Source: Dendrobates tinctorius
Taxonomy: Eukaryota
Direction: 5' to 3'
Assembly (NCBI RefSeq): GCF_039654945.1
Contig: NW_027361727.1
Coordinates: 3,534,001-3,598,000, forward strand
Length of the DNA stretch: 64,000 nt
The notes under the pieces are model-generated. The model was not told the DNA's origin and ran no database searches. It saw only the letters and a program-made list of their open reading frames with translations. Below, in pieces: positions 14,306 to 29,110 of this stretch (position 1 is the stretch's first letter; each line of letters opens with the position of its first letter). A program made the position numbers and the translations under genes.

Positions 14306-14998
14306 TATCAGCACCAATACACCGGGTTATTATATACCAGCACCGATACATGTTATATACAGACACCTGCTATATATCAGCGCTGATACTCCGGGTTATT
14401 ATATACCAGCACCGATACATATTATATACAGACACCTGCTATATATCAGCACCAATACACAGGGTTATTATATACCAGCACCGATACATATTATATACAG
14501 ACACCTGCTATATACCAGCACTGATACTCGAGGGTTATTATATACTAGCACCAATACATGTTATATACAGACACCTGCTATATATCAGCACTGATACTCA
14601 GGGTTATTATATATCAGCACCAATAGACAATATATACAGACACCTGCCATATATCAGTGCTGATACACCGGATTATTATATACCAGCACCGATACATGCT
14701 ATACACAGACACCTGACATATATCAGCGCTGATACACCAGGGTATTATATACCAGCACCAATACATGTTATATACAGACATCTGTTATATATCAGCGCTG
14801 ATACACCGGGTTATTATATACCAGCACCAATAGATGTTATATACAGACACCTGCTACAAATCAGCGCTGATACACCGGGTTATTATATACCAGCACCAAT
14901 AGATGTTATATACAGACACCTACTATATATCAGTGCTGATAAACCGGGTTATTATATGCCAGCACCAATAGATGTTATATACAGACAACTGCTATGTA

Positions 14999-15206
14999 CA
15001 GGTGCATTTCAATTCTAACTTACTGAGATAATGACTTTTGGGTTTTCATTGGCTGTAAGCCACAATCATCAACATTAACAGAAATAAACACTTGAAATAG
15101 ATCACTGTGTAATGACTCTATATAATATATGAGTTTCACTTTTTGTATTGAAAAACTGAAATAAATTAACTTTTTGATGATATTCCAATTTTGTGAGATG
15201 CACCTG
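14999..15206. mobile_element. Mini Tc1-type element, copy 1
   Basis: TA|caggtgcat...atgcacctg|TA termini; 208 bp, non-coding. Confidence 0.8.
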
Positions 15207-15415
15207 TATATGCAGTGATACACCCGGTAATTATATACCAGCACAGATACATGTTATATACAGACACCTGCTATTTATCAGCGCTGATACACCGGGTTAT
15301 TATATACCAGCACCAATAGATGTTATATACAGACACCTACTATATATCAGTGCTGATAAACCGGGTTATTATATACCAGCACCAATAGATGTTATATACA
15401 GACACCTGCTATGTA

Positions 15416-15623
15416 CAGGTGCATTTCAATTCTAACTTACTGAGATAATGACTTTTGGGTTTTCATTGGCTGTAAGCCACAATCATCAACATTAACAGAA
15501 ATAAACACTTGAAATAGATCACTGTGTAATGACTCTATATAATATATGAGTTTCACTTTTTGTATTGAAAAACTGAAATAAATTAACTTTTTGATGATAT
15601 TCCAATTTTGTGAGATGCACCTG
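15416..15623. mobile_element. Mini Tc1-type element, copy 2 (417-bp tandem duplication)
   Basis: Apparently identical to 14999-15206, with near-identical flanking satellite. Confidence 0.8.
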
Positions 15624-15754
15624 TATATGCAGTGATACACCCGGTAATTATATACCAGCACAGATACATGTTATATACAGACACCTGCTATTTATCAGCG
15701 CTGATACACCGGGTTATTATATTTTAGTGCAGATACATTTTATATACAGACACC

Positions 15755-16807
15755 ACTTTTTCCCGACATTGCCACTTCCGTGTGTGGTTCCACCATTAGT
15801 CCCCAGCAACATACCTGCCGTCTTGGGGTCATACTTGATTCCGAGCTTTCATTCACCCCCCACTTCAGATCACTGGCTCACTCTTGTTATCTCCACCTCA
15901 AAAACATCTCTAGAATTTTTCTTACTTCCGACTCTGCAAAAACTCTTACTGTTTCTCTTTTTCATTCTTGTCTGTTCTATTGTAACCCTCTACTAATCGG
16001 TCTCCCTCTTATCAAACTCTTCCCCCCCCCCTCCAATCCATCCTGAATGCTGCAGCCAGGATCATATTCCTCAGTCGTTATACTCTACCTTGTGCCAGTC
16101 ATTACACTGGTTACTCATCCACTCCAGAATCCAGTACAAACTTATTACCCTCACCCACAAAGCCCTCCATGGCTCATCACCACCCTAGTCTCAGCCTACC
16201 ACCCTACCCGCGCCCTTCGCTCTGCTGCTGACCTGAGGTTAACATCCTCAATAATCAGAACCTCCCACTCCAGTCTCCAAGACATTTCACATGCTGCGCC
16301 AATTCTTTGGAATGCACTACACAGGTTAATACTATTAATTCCCAATCCCCACAGTTTTAAGCGTGCCCTAAAAACGCATTTGTTCAGACTGGCCTAACGC
16401 CTCAACACATTAACCTAATCTATCCCTGTGTGGCACAGCCAAAAGTTTTACCATAACCAGGTACCTCGTATTATGTTCTCACATGCTTTATGCATTTAAT
16501 AGCCCTCTGTATCTGTACTGTTACATACTTTGGCTGTTAACTGGTTCATGCAGTATTACAGGAACACCCGATTCGAACACTATGGCTGGTCCGAACAATG
16601 AAAGCAATTGTTACCACCCACCTTTCGTGTCTCCCCTTTTTTCCTCATAGATTGTAAGCTTGCGAGCAGGGTCCTCATTCCTCTTGGTATCTACTTTGAC
16701 CTTTGCTTATTGTTATGCTGTAATGTCTATTGTCTGTACAAATCCCCTCTATACTGTAAAGTGCTGCGGAATATGTCGGCGTTACAGAAATAAAATTATT
16801 ATTATTA
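15755..16807 (+). mobile_element. L2-clade LINE 3' fragment
   Basis: Frameshifted RT C-terminus (LGVILDSELSF, HLKNISRI, APILWNAL, FKRALKTHLF), 3' UTR, AATAAA and a (TTA)n tail. Confidence 0.85.
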
Positions 16808-18602
16808 CCTGCTATATATTAGTGCTGATACACTGGGTTATTATATTTTAGTGCAGATACATTTTATATACAGACACCTGCCATATCAGCATAGATACAC
16901 CAGGTTATTATATACCAGCAATGATACATGTTATATACAGACACCTGCTATATATTAGCACTGATACACCAGATTATTATATACCAGCACCGATACATGT
17001 TATATTCAAACACCTGCCATATACCAGCGCTGATACACTGGGCTATTCTATACCAGCGCCGATACATGTTATATACAGACATCTGCTATATATCAGCACT
17101 AATACACCGGGTTATTATATATTAGTGCCAATACATGTTATATACAAACACCTGCTATATATCAGCGCTGATACACCGGGCTATTATGTGTCAGCACAGA
17201 TACATGTTATATACAGACACTTGCTATATATTAGCACTGATACACCGGGTTATTATATACCAGCACCGATACATGTTATATACAGACACCTGCCATAGAT
17301 CAGCACTGATACACCAAGTTATTATATACCAGCACTGATACATGCTATATACAGACACCTGACATATCAGTGCTGATACACCAGGGTATTATATACCAGC
17401 GCCGATACATGCTATATACAGACACCTGCTATATATCAGCGCTGATACACCGGGTTATTATGTACCAGCACAGATACATGCTATATACAGACACCTGCTA
17501 TATATCAGCGCTGATACACCAGGTTATTATATATTAGTTCCGATACATATTATATACAGACACCTGCTATATATCAGCACTGATACACCGGGTTATTATA
17601 TATACCAGCACATATACATGTTATATACAGACACCTGCTATATATCAGCACTGATACACCGGGTTATTATATATACCAGCACATATACATGTTATATACA
17701 GACACCTGCTATATATCAGCACTGATACACCGGGTTATTATATACCAGCACATATACATGTTATATACAGACACCTGATATATATCAGCGCTGATATACC
17801 GGGTTATTATATACCAGCACTGATACATGTTATATAGAGACACTTGCTATATATCAGCACTGATACAACGGGTTATTATATATTGGGGTTTGGAGAAGGC
17901 TTTTATTATGGGGGACAAGAAAAAATAAGGGCTCTTCTCCAACAAGTTTAGAAACCAACCATACTAATCACGCACATGTTGGAGGGCCCCCTCTTAAATA
18001 TCCCCACCCCATGTATGTATAGAGGACTTGGAATGAATTTTTATCCTCACAGTATTCAAGGCAATGACATTTTGATTCTTCCAGTGTCTGCAGAGTCCTG
18101 CTCTCTGTCTACAAGTAATATAAATCTTTTTCTGCCCTGAAATTATACAACACTAGATCAATTCTTATTCCATCAGTTCCCGGCAGGACCCCCATAATGA
18201 GAAGGGGATGCAGCACGGAACGGCAACGCCGAAAAATGTTTTACAGACAACAGTCATGGAATTAGCACCGGGCCGCGGTTATTATAATAGAACGCCGGAG
18301 CATGACTACAAGATACATAGAAATCTATTGTACTAGATCCCTGGCTATTACTGGCGAGGGGGGTGATGGAGGGGATAGGTTTAGTTAGTGTCTGACACTT
18401 CATTTATCATCTCCTGCTGCCCAACCTTGCAGTAAATGAACAATAAACCACATTATCCCCACTGAGCAGAGGCTTTTTTCTTGGTAGGAGACCGTAAATA
18501 CTACATATGTGTGAAGACAAACACCAAGATCTTCTCTGTCCTTTTCTAGAATTCATTGCTTTGTAATTAAATAGCCACTCCAAAGAAAAAAAGAAAAACA
18601 CC

Positions 18603-18606
<4 letters not shown>

Positions 18607-18658
<52 letters not shown>
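18607..18658. repeat. (TA)n microsatellite
   Basis: About 26 TA units. Confidence 0.97.
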
Positions 18659-18662
<4 letters not shown>

Positions 18663-18862
18663 CATGACAAAATATAACCACTAATTGCACCATTAAATTC
18701 TGGTTCTGATCCATAGGACTATTTGGCAAGGTAACCCAATCCTTCTAACAAGAGTGGATTATCATATGGCACAAAAGGCTAGGCCCATCTTTGAGCACAA
18801 AAGTAAGGCTTAAATATGCATATAATCAATATAATCCTGAGCATAAATTACTTCCTCTCTTA

Positions 18863-19512
18863 AGGCCCCGTCTCACTAAGCGACTTACCAGCGATCCCGA
18901 CACCGATATCAAGGTGTCAGGATCGCTAGAAAGTCGCTATGTGATCGCTGGTGAGCTGTCACACAGACAGCTTCACCAGCGATCAGCACAGCGATGCCGA
19001 GCGCCCGGCATCGCTGGCCATCCTGTAAAAAATAGAATCAAAATAAAAAATATAGTTATTCTCACCTTCTGACGTCCCGCGCAGCCATCCTGCCTCTCTC
19101 CACGCTCCGGTCCTAGTGATCCTTTGCGAGAATGACCGCGAGATGTCACGGTCTCGAGGGATAACAAAGTCTCGCGGTCATTCGTGCAAAGGATCACTGG
19201 GACCGGAGCGTGGAGAGAGGCAGGATGGCTGAACGGGACGTCAGAATGTGAGAATAACTATTTTTTCTTATTTTTTACACCTGTTCGCTGGTCTCCTGCC
19301 TGTCACACACAGCGATGCGTGCTGGCCAGCGGGAGACCAGCGACCAAAGAAATGTCCAGAGGTTTCTTCCAGCGATCAGCGATACCGGCAGGGGGGCCGC
19401 TCGCTGATCGCTGTCACACACAGCGATCTCGCTGGTGAGATCGCTGTTACGTCACAAAAGTTGTGACTCAGCAGTGATCTCGCTACCGAGATCGTTTAGT
19501 GAGACGGGGCCT
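18863..19512. mobile_element. Harbinger/PIF-like MITE with an internal palindrome
   Basis: TTA|aggccccgtctcactaa...ttagtgagacggggcct|TTA. Internal inverted arms at about 19045-19270. Confidence 0.88.
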
Positions 19513-19515
19513 TTA

Positions 19516-19725
19516 TGCTCCAGAGCTGCACTCACTATTCTGCTGGTGCAGTCACTGTGTACATACATTACTGATCCAGAGCTGCACTCACTATTCTGCT
19601 GGTGGAGTCACTGTGTACATACATTACATTACTGATCCTGAGTTACATCCTGTATTATACCCCAGAGCTGCACTCACTATTCTGCTGGTGCAGTCACTGT
19701 GTACAGACATTACTTATCCTGTACT
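19516..19725 (+). repeat. 86-bp satellite family, short array
   Basis: Same unit as 8950-11330, forward orientation. Confidence 0.9.
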
Positions 19726-19789
19726 GTTCCTCAGTTAACTCCTCTATTACACTCCATGAGAAGTCCATGAGAAAAGCTCAGTGCAGACT

Positions 19790-20195
19790 CATAGAATCAC
19801 AGAATCGTAGAGTTGGAAGGGACCTCCTGGGCCATCTGGTCCAACCCCCTGCTCAAAGCAGGATTCGCTAAATCATCCCAGACAGATGTCTGTCCAGCCT
19901 CTGTTTGAAGACTTCTATTGAAGGAGAACTCACCACTTCTCGTGGCAGCCTGTTCCACTCACTGATCACTCTGTCAAAAATTTTTTTCTAATATCTAATC
20001 TGTGTCTCCTCCCATTCAGTTTCATCCCATTGCTTCTACGCTTTCCTGGTGCAAATGAGAATAAAGATGATCCTTCTACAATGTGACAGCCCTTTAGATA
20101 TTTGTAGACAGCTATTAAGTCTCCTCTCAGTCTTCTCTTCTGCAAGCTAAACATTCCCAAATCCTGCAACCTTTCCTCATAAGACAGGGTTCCTA
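19790..20195 (-). mobile_element. CR1 LINE 3' fragment
   Basis: [33 protein letters not shown] is the CR1 ORF2 C-terminus. The tail has ATTCTRTG-type repeats. Confidence 0.88.
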
Positions 20196-20522
20196 ACTTC
20201 TGTGTCACTTACATTTGAAGTGAAGATAATAGATTTGATTCTACCCTTCCATCCTGTAGCAGAGCCGCTGAGCAGTTGTTTTCATTCAATGGCAGAAATC
20301 AGAGATCCTGAATATGGCGATGAAACAACCAGTATTCTTGAAAGTTACAGAATTGTTCATGCACATTGGCTGAGCTTCAGAAAACCCCTTTAACTCTTTC
20401 TTTACTGCACTGACATTTCCCGGTGTCACACTTGTCAGTGCGGTTGAAGGTCTGCAGAGAAGGAATATCAGAAGCCCCTGCAGCTCGGTCATGATCCCAC
20501 TTACGCAGACCTCACCACTCAC

Positions 20523-20609
20523 CGTGCACGTCCCGTCCCTTGTGATCGGCAGGGAGAAGTCTGCGCAGAAATCCAAATCTTTCACTGCGGCCGTCTGGCA
20601 GATAATGTC
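20523..20609 (-). CDS. PRMT3: PRMT3 internal coding exon (87 bp), DIICQTAAVKDLDFCADFSLPITRDGTCT
   Basis: Beta-barrel segment that follows the previous exon in PRMT3. Acceptor is cattttag|GA and donor is ACG|gtgagt. Phase 0/0, 29 codons. Confidence 0.9.
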
Positions 20610-20922
20610 CTAAAATGGGGTGGGGGAAATGATAGGAAAAACTTAATGTACAGAAGTGGAGCCCATGTCCTGGATGGAGAAGATAAGATATGACTTGCAG
20701 CCTGCGAGAGGCCGCGACGTGGGAGTCATCACTGAGGTCACAGACGCTCCTGATTTTTTTTTTTTCAATTACTATTATAATAAGCCTATTATTTTTAATT
20801 TTGTATGTGAACAATCTTATATGATGTACGTGTAGTGGTGACAAATGTTTATTAGGGGGTTGGCAGCCAGGATCCCACTGTAAGAAATGGGATCAGAGAA
20901 ATCGCTGATCCAGATTTATTAA

Positions 20923-21373
20923 GAGAATTTGTCAGCAGGTTTATTGCCATGTAACCTGAGAGGGGCATAATGTAGGGGCAGAGACCCTGATTCCAGCGGT
21001 TTCAGTTAATAGGCTGCTGGCTGTAGTTTTGACAAAATCAGTATTATCAGCAGGAGATTATCGCTAGAGGACTAGTAAACCTGCTGCCATATAGTCCTTC
21101 TTATTCATGATCCCTATATAACTCTGTTCAAACCAGTGCTTGGCAGATTTCTGCCTATGCACAGTATACATAGAAATCGGCCAAACAATGGTGTTGTCTG
21201 AGTTATGTAGTGCTCAGCATTCAGAGAACTGGTATATTTGCTACAGATAAAACTGATTTTATCAAAACTGCAGGAAGCAGCCCAGTAAGTTAAAAATTAT
21301 TGGAATCAGGGTCTGTGCCTGTACATTACAGCGCTCTCAGAAGAGACAGCAAAAACCTGGTGACACATTCCCT
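20923..21373. mobile_element. TTAA-targeting (T2/Kolobok-like) palindromic MITE
   Basis: TTAA|gagaatttgtcagcagg...cctggtgacacattccct, with long degenerate inverted arms (agaccctgattcca / tggaatcagggtct). Confidence 0.65.
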
Positions 21374-21549
21374 TTATTGATCAGCATATCAATACGGAAC
21401 TCAGATCATGTGAAATCTTTTATGATTAAATCAAAGCCAGAAATCTTTTACTCAAAATTTGAGGTCATAGGAGAGACAAAAACACAAGGTTACCATGAAT
21501 ACAGAAAAAAAAAAAAAAATCAAAAGTATGAAATGTATCTGAAATAATT

Positions 21550-22160
21550 AATTTATCCAATTAAACAGCATAAAATACAATCAAAGCAAAAAAATAAAAA
21601 CATTTAATAACTAATCTTAACCGAAAGAAATAAAATCTGGATCAGTTTAACCCTTTACTACGTTGCCTTTTGAGCAAGTAGCAAAGAAGTTAAAAGAAGC
21701 CTGTGAGCATGTAACAAGCTATGGATGAGTGGCACGGCTGTATAGGTGCTTGTCTTCTAACAAAAATTATACTCTATTTGTCGTAATCCGATGTGCCAGT
21801 CATGCCAAATCTGAAGTAGAAGCCATATGCAAACTGGCCTGAAACAGAAGCTCCATGGGGGAGGGACAATGTACCTGCCACGCCCCCGAAGAACTGCACT
21901 ACGTCTGACTTACCTATGGCTTCTACACTAGATTTCTCATGACTGGCACATCACATCTCTACAATAAAGGTATCATTTTTATTGGGGGGACAAGCATCTA
22001 TACAAATGTAACCCTATTGCCTTCTGTAAAAGACAAAAAAGTGCAGACTGGCTCCAATTAAAAGAAAAAGCAGAGCAGGAAGGTAGATTAGATTTAAAAA
22101 TTTTTTGCTTTAATTAGGGACAGATGTAATTGGGTTTTATATCAATTAGTTTAATCAATG
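21550..22160. mobile_element. Old palindromic MITE
   Basis: Inverted arms gatgtgccagtcatg...gtagaagccata and tatggcttctac...catgactggcacatc; boundaries approximate. Confidence 0.55.
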
Positions 22161-22379
22161 TATCATGAAAAGTTCTATAATGTTCTAAAATACTTTGATT
22201 TACATATTCTGGTAATTACCGTAAGATCTCTGCTTGCTGTCACTGAAAGAAAATATTTATTTTACGGCAGAATGTTTCCTTTCGTGGACAGCAAGCAGAG
22301 ATCTTAAAGATCTTAAAAATGGTAAGCAAAATAAACAGCAAGTCTACAAAGTTTATTTGTTCCCATGTTTTAATGATTA

Positions 22380-22601
<222 letters not shown>

Positions 22602-22947
22602 TTAGAAAAGAAAAACATTAATACAAATGTATGACGAGGAAAATCTGGCCAATATCACAGTAATACACTCGCCCTACAAATATGACAAAAGTAAGGAGAA
22701 TTCACTTTTCCAGGTTCATGAAGAGAAATTGAAAAAAAAAAAACAAGTGTTGTAGTGATCTACACGAGATTGTCGCTTTATCAGAACATAAAACTAAGAA
22801 ATCGATCAGAATAATATCTAACAAATTTTAGCAAAATATGAGGAGTAAAGAACTAATATGTACTGGGAACTCTCTGGGATTTCAGGGGAAATTATCATCA
22901 TTTATATATGAACAGAATCTACATAATAAGTTATGCTACAGTGTAAA

Positions 22948-23710
22948 TACATCCTGTATTCTACTCCAGAGCTGCACTCACTATTCTGCTGGTGCAGTCA
23001 CTGTGTACATACATTACATTACTGATCCTAACTTACATCCTGCATTATCCCCCAGAGCCGCACTCACTATTCTGCTGGTGCAGTCACTGTGTACATACAT
23101 TACATTACTGATCCTGAGTTATATCCTGTATTATACTCCAGAGCTTACTGATCCTGAGTTACATCCTGTATTATACTCCAGAGCTGCACTCACTATTCTG
23201 CTGGTGCAGTCACTGTGTACATACTGTACATTACTTATCCTGAGCTACATCCTGTATTATACTCCAGAGCTGCACTCACTATTCTGCTGGTGCAGTCACT
23301 GTGTACATACATTACATTACTGATCCTGAGTTACATCCTGTATTATACTCCAGAGCTGCACTCACTGTTCTGCTGGTGAAGTCACTGTGTACATACATTA
23401 CTGATCCTGAGTTACATCCTGTATTATACTCCAGAGCTGCACTCACTATTCTGCTGGTGCAGTCACTGTGTGCATACATTACTGATCCTGAGTTACATCC
23501 TGTATTATACTCCAGAGCTGCACTCACTATTCTGCTGGTGCAGTCACTGTGTACATACATTACTGATCCTAAGTTACATCCTGCATTATACTACAGAGCC
23601 GCGCTCACTATTCTGCTGGTGCAGTCACTGTGTACATACATTACATTACTGATCCTGAGTTACATCCTGTATTATACTCCAGAGCTGCACTCACTATTCT
23701 AATGGTGCAG
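22948..23710 (+). repeat. 86-bp satellite array
   Basis: Tandem 81/86-bp units. Confidence 0.93.
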
Positions 23711-24444
23711 AAACATTATATATATATATATCATATATTAATGACTCTGTACTGATCCTGTATTATAAGTAATGTCCCTTACCGCTAATGCTATATTAAT
23801 TCTGTATATAACCTGGTGGTCGGAGGTTACGCCTTCTTCTACAGTCGGGTCAGGTGGATATCTCTGCAGGTAATGTTGAGTTGATTTCAGAGATATCTGT
23901 CATTCTCACAAGGGAAGGACACCTAGCAGATGGTTCTCAGAGTAACGAGTGAGGAATCGCATTCTGCACTAGTCTCAGTCTGTGATATTTTGTATTTTCT
24001 ACTCCATAAACACTTTATTGTCACATTTGTAACTCCTGATTGTTCTAGAGTGAAAGATCGTAAAAACACAAAGACGAAGAAAACTCAAAACAGACTTTAT
24101 ATCAACCAAAAGATCAAATCCTTAATGTCAAACCTGAGAAAATGGCAGCAGAATATGTCAATATAAGAAAGCATAAGGTAAGGCGGGTTCTGCTTCTAAA
24201 AATCACAGGTCAACCAATGTGTGGCTGCTCGGCAATAACATATCTAAAAATGCTTCAATAAACTTTTATAACTAAATTCACTGGGAGCAATAAAATGAAA
24301 GAAGTGGAAAAAAATTCTCAACCTGTGCCTCTAACAAGAAAACAGGCAGCTACAAACAGCAATGTACTCTCATCAGGCAGTGAGGCCCAAAGTCTGCCAC
24401 TATTTCACTTACTATATAGAATTAATCTACATTATATTTTTTCT

Positions 24445-24876
24445 GTACTGATCCTGAGTTACATCCTGTATTATACTGCAGAGCTGCACTCACTATTCTG
24501 CTGGTGCAGTCACTGCGTACATACATTACATTACCTATCTATACTGATTCTGATTTACATCCTGTGTTATGCTGCAGAGCTGCATTCACTATTCTGCTGT
24601 GCAGTTACTGTGTACATATATTACATCACTGATCCTGAGTTACATCCTGTATTATACTCCAGAGCTGCACTCACTATTCTGCTGGTGCAGTCACTGTGTA
24701 CATACATTACATTACTGATCCTGAGTTACATCCTGTATTATACCCCAGAGCTGCACTCACTATTCTAGTGGTGCAGTCACTGTGTACATACATTACATTA
24801 CTGATCCTGAGTTACATCCTGTATTATACCCCAGAGCTGCACTCACTATTCTAATGGTGCAGTCACTGTGTACATA
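24445..24876 (+). repeat. 86-bp satellite array; resumes at 32223-32370 after the Tc1 insertion
   Basis: A unit is split at ...gtgtacaTA|Tc1|TAcattacattactgatcc. Confidence 0.9.
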
Positions 24877-25343
24877 CAGTGGGGAAAAAAAGTATTTAGT
24901 CAGTCAGCAATAGTGCAAGTTCCACCACTTAAAAAGATGAGAGGCGTCTGTAATTTACATCATAGGTAGACCTCAACTATGGGAGACAAACTGAGAAAAA
25001 AAAAATCCAGAAAATCACATTGTCTGTTTTTTTTTATTTTATTTGCATATTATGGTGGAAAATAAGTATTTGGTCAGAAACAAAATTTCATCTCAATACT
25101 TTGTGATATATCCTTTGTTTTTTTTTTTAATCAGATAGTTTTTATTAAAAGTTTTAGAAATGACAGGCATGTACAACTTACAACATGTTGTCAAACATTC
25201 CCTTCCCCCATAACACCCCCCTCCCTTTGTCCGATGGCATATGGACTGGTACATAGCGAATAAACCCAATTCCATCACACAACCACATCATATGAGAAAT
25301 GACGATTAACAACCGACAGGAGACCACCTCCAGGGCCCACTCA

Positions 25344-28300
25344 TTAATCTAGGAGATTCGAGGCAGCCAGGCCGGGAACCTTCAACCATCCCTCCCATAT
25401 TTTCCCGAAAATATGCGGCACACCCCTCCTGAGGTACACAAACTTTTCCCTATATAATATTTGATTCAACCTATTAATGTATTCTTTTCTTGAGGGGATT
25501 TTGGCAGAAATCCAGTGATAAGCTATCAGCTTTCGGGCCACAAATAGCATTCTGGCCACAGCAATTTTAAGGTATTGATCCCCTCCCACCTCATCAACAT
25601 AACCCAAAACACAAATCGTGGGGTCCCTGGGAATATCCTGCCCCGTGACCAAGTGTATAAGGCCAAGAACCACGATCCAGAATATTTGCAGGCAAGAGCA
25701 TGTCCACATCATATGTAAAATGTCCGCATTATCTATCGTGCACTTAGGGCACCTCGAATCCAACCGCAACCCTCTACTGAATAACCATTCGGGAGACCTG
25801 TATGTCCTATAGAGGATATATAGCTGAGACAGGCGGCCAGGCTCACTAAGAGATAATCTGGGAATCATCTGTAGAATCGAGTCCCACTGTTCCGCTGATA
25901 TCGTACCCAGCTGTTGTTCCCACTTTGTCAGTGCGCCAATGGGATGCCTTGACAGGACCTGTCCAAGTAAGCCACCATACACCATTGAAATCAGTCCCCT
26001 GGTGGACCCCTGCATACCAAGCCTATGGATAATGACATCGTGGTGTATGGTTAGGTCAACTTTTTTGCTCTGCACCATGTACGCGTGACGCAGCTGCAAA
26101 TATTGATAAAACATAGAGCGTTGGAGGGGAAATTCCCGTTCCAATTGCTCGAAAGTTTTAAAAACCCCTCCCTCCACCAGCTGCGACACCCACCATATGC
26201 CAATCCGCCTCCAGTGAGCAAAGCCTCTGAGCGTTTTCATGCATGGCAAATGCTGATTGTCCCATATGGGGGAGTACTTTGTAAGACCGCGTATTCCTCT
26301 CAGCTGCCTCAGCTTATCCCATACCCTAACCATTAGAAGCACCGTAGGGAACCTGAATGCAAGGGATCGAAATCTACCCGACTCCAGACTCGACACCAGT
26401 GATCCCCGCCCCACTAGGAATTGAAGGATCCTCTGACCTCCCACCAAATCCACCAACTCGCCCTCCATTCCTCCTGCTACATGCTGGCATTGGGAAGACA
26501 GAAAATAAAGCCATGGGTTGGGCAACGCAAGTCCCCCCTCATCTTTAGGTTTTTGCAAGTGTTCAAGTTTAATTCTCGCGCCTTGTTTCAGCCAGATAAG
26601 CTCTCTAAAAATCATATTAATTTTATGAAACCTGTTCTGGGGAAGCCAGACAGGGGAGTTATGGAGGACATATAAGAGTTGCAGCATAACTACCATCTTC
26701 AACAGATTCACTCTTCCCACAACAGAGAGGTGTAACTTTGCCCAGGCCTTAACCTTCTGTTTGATCCTGTCCAACAACGGAAGATTTAGGCTCTCATAGT
26801 CTGTCAGCTTATTGGATATCCTTATGCCCAAATATTGGAGGGACGTTGCAACCGGCACACCTACCACACTGCAGGAGCTTGAGTCCAGTGGGAGGAGCGC
26901 AGACTTCTCCCAGTTAATAACCAGACCCGAGACCTCCCCAAATGCCCCAAGAAGTGTCATCGTGTTTTGTAATGATCTGTCCGCGTCCGCTAAAAATAAC
27001 AACAGGTCATCCGCATATAATGCTACCTTCTCCTCATGCTCCCCATACCGGAATCCCTCTATGCTAGCATCCAATCTTACCCTGGAGGCCAATGGCTCCA
27101 CCGCGAGAGCAAACAGCAGCGGGGATAAAGGGCATCCCTGCCTTGTTCCTCTATGAAGCAAGAAAGGATTAGACAACTGACCATTAGCCCTCAGCCGAGC
27201 ACTCGGCTCCGAGTACAAGAGCTTGACCCAGCCAATAAATCCCGGGCCAAAGCCCATACAGTGAAGCGTCGCCCATAAATAGTCCCACTCCACACTATCA
27301 AATGCCTTAGCGGCGTCTAGGGACAGAACCACCCTCTTCCTGGCATTATCAGCCCTCACCTGCATATTCAGATATAATCTCCTAATATTCATAGCCGTCG
27401 ATTTGTTGGGCATAAACCCCGTCTGATCGGGGTGTATTAACACAGCTACTACCTTTGAGAGTCGAATGGCCAGGACCTTCGCTAAAAGTTTAATGTCTAG
27501 CGTCAACAGGGAGATGGGCCTATACGACGCGGGCAGAGTTGGGTCCTTATCCTTTTTCAACAACACGGCAATAACAGCTTCTCGCATAGACGGTGGGAGA
27601 ACACCCCGTTCCAAACTATCGTTAAACACTGTCAATAGAGCAGGGAGCAACACCGTCCTATACCGTTTGTACACCTCAGCTGGCAACCCATCTACCCCAG
27701 GTGCCTTACCATTGGACATGGTTCCCAGAGCCTCCTCCAACTCGTCCAGACTTCGAGGTCTATCTAGAAAGTGTCTGTCCTCAGGAGTCAGCCTTGGGAG
27801 ACCGGCAGCCTCCAAAAAGGCAACAACATCCTCTGTCGGGGCCCTAGCATGTGAGGAATATAAGTCAGCATAAAAAGTCTCCAGAATTTTTAAAATCCCC
27901 GGTGCGTCAGTGAGTAGTCGCCCATTCACATCCTGAAGACCCGCTATAGTTGCAGACCCTCTCTGTGCCGATGTCACGACAGAAAGCAAATGCCCCACAC
28001 TTTCCGCACTCTCAAAATATTGAGTAGATTGAAACAGCCGTTTTTGCGCCGCCGCCTCTAATGTCTGTTTGGTCACCTTTGACTGCGCCTCCCCCAATCG
28101 CTTCCGAGTGTCAGGCGTGCTCTGTGCTGCAAGGGTCCTTTCCGCGTCCTCCAGTTCCCTGAACACAAGTTGTGATTTTGCCCTGGAGGCGGTCTTTATT
28201 TTAGAAATCTCTCGTATGTACATTCCCCTTAAGTACGCCTTTAAGGCCTCCCAAACGATCCCACTAGAAGCCGAGCCTCTATTAAAACTAAGATATTCCT

Positions 28301-29110
28301 GCAACTCAGGGATAAAGCCGTCATTCCTATCGATTAGCTGCAGCCAAAACGGGTTGAGGCGCCAGAGAGGTCTATCATTCCTCCTGTTCCCGCCCCCCCC
28401 AAGCATGACTGAAACAGGCGAATGATCAGATACCGTTCGCGCCAGATATTTAACCTCTAAAAAGTTTTTCCAAGCATAAGATCATCACCCAGGGCCAGAT
28501 CGATGCGAGACAGGGAGGAGTGAGTAGAGGAGAAGCACGAGAACTGACGGACACCAGGGTTACAGCATCTCCACAAGTCGGTCAAAGCTATCTCCCGCAC
28601 GAGCACCCCAAATGGCGTAAGATTACCTCCCAGCCTCAGAGGCTCATGGCCACCCCTGTCCCAATGTGAATCCAGAAAATTATTAAAATCTCCCACCACC
28701 ATATGCGGAACCCCCGGAAAATCTCTCAGAATGGCAAGAACTTTATAGATAACTCTACTGCTATAAGGCGGAGGTATATATATAGATATCAACACCAGTG
28801 GGGTGGAAAAGATTGTACAAGATAGAAGGACAAATTGCCCCTCTGTGTCCACCACTACCCGGTGACACTTAAATTGAGTCCTGGAGTGAATCAATATACT
28901 AACCCCCCTAGAGTATTGGGAATGAGTAGAGTGAAAGCCCGCCTGTACCCATCTCTTATCCAGGATTCCCAGCGTCTCCTGTGTGAGATGCGTCTCCTGC
29001 AAACAAACAACCTCCGGCTTCTGGTCCGTTATGAAGGAGAATATGTCATGTCGTTTTACCGGCGACTTCAACCCCCTGATATTCCAACTAAGTATCTTAA
29101 AATCAGCCAT
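25344..29110 (-). pseudogene. L1 ORF2 (APE endonuclease, RT, CCHC), one frameshift near 28460
   Basis: SWNIRG, LQETH, GDFN and SRID (EN). KAFDSV, GTRQGCPLSP and YADD (RT). CPKC..H....C at the C-terminus. Confidence 0.93.

Larger units (their letters stand above)
12585..17880. repeat. 69-bp satellite array interrupted by Tc1, mini-Tc1 and L2 insertions
   Basis: Unit gttattatataccagcaccgatacatgttatatacagacacctgctatatatcagcgctgatacaccgg. It gives a spurious 23-aa repeat ORF. Confidence 0.92.

Noticed and set aside
14281-15018. 245-aa ORF with 23-aa repeats
   Set aside because: It is a translation of the 69-bp satellite.
18060-18100. Possible PRMT3 THW-loop exon (HWK on minus)
   Set aside because: It reads RHWKNQ, not THWKQT, with no flanking similarity. 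I found no further PRMT3 exons by eye; they probably lie outside the window.
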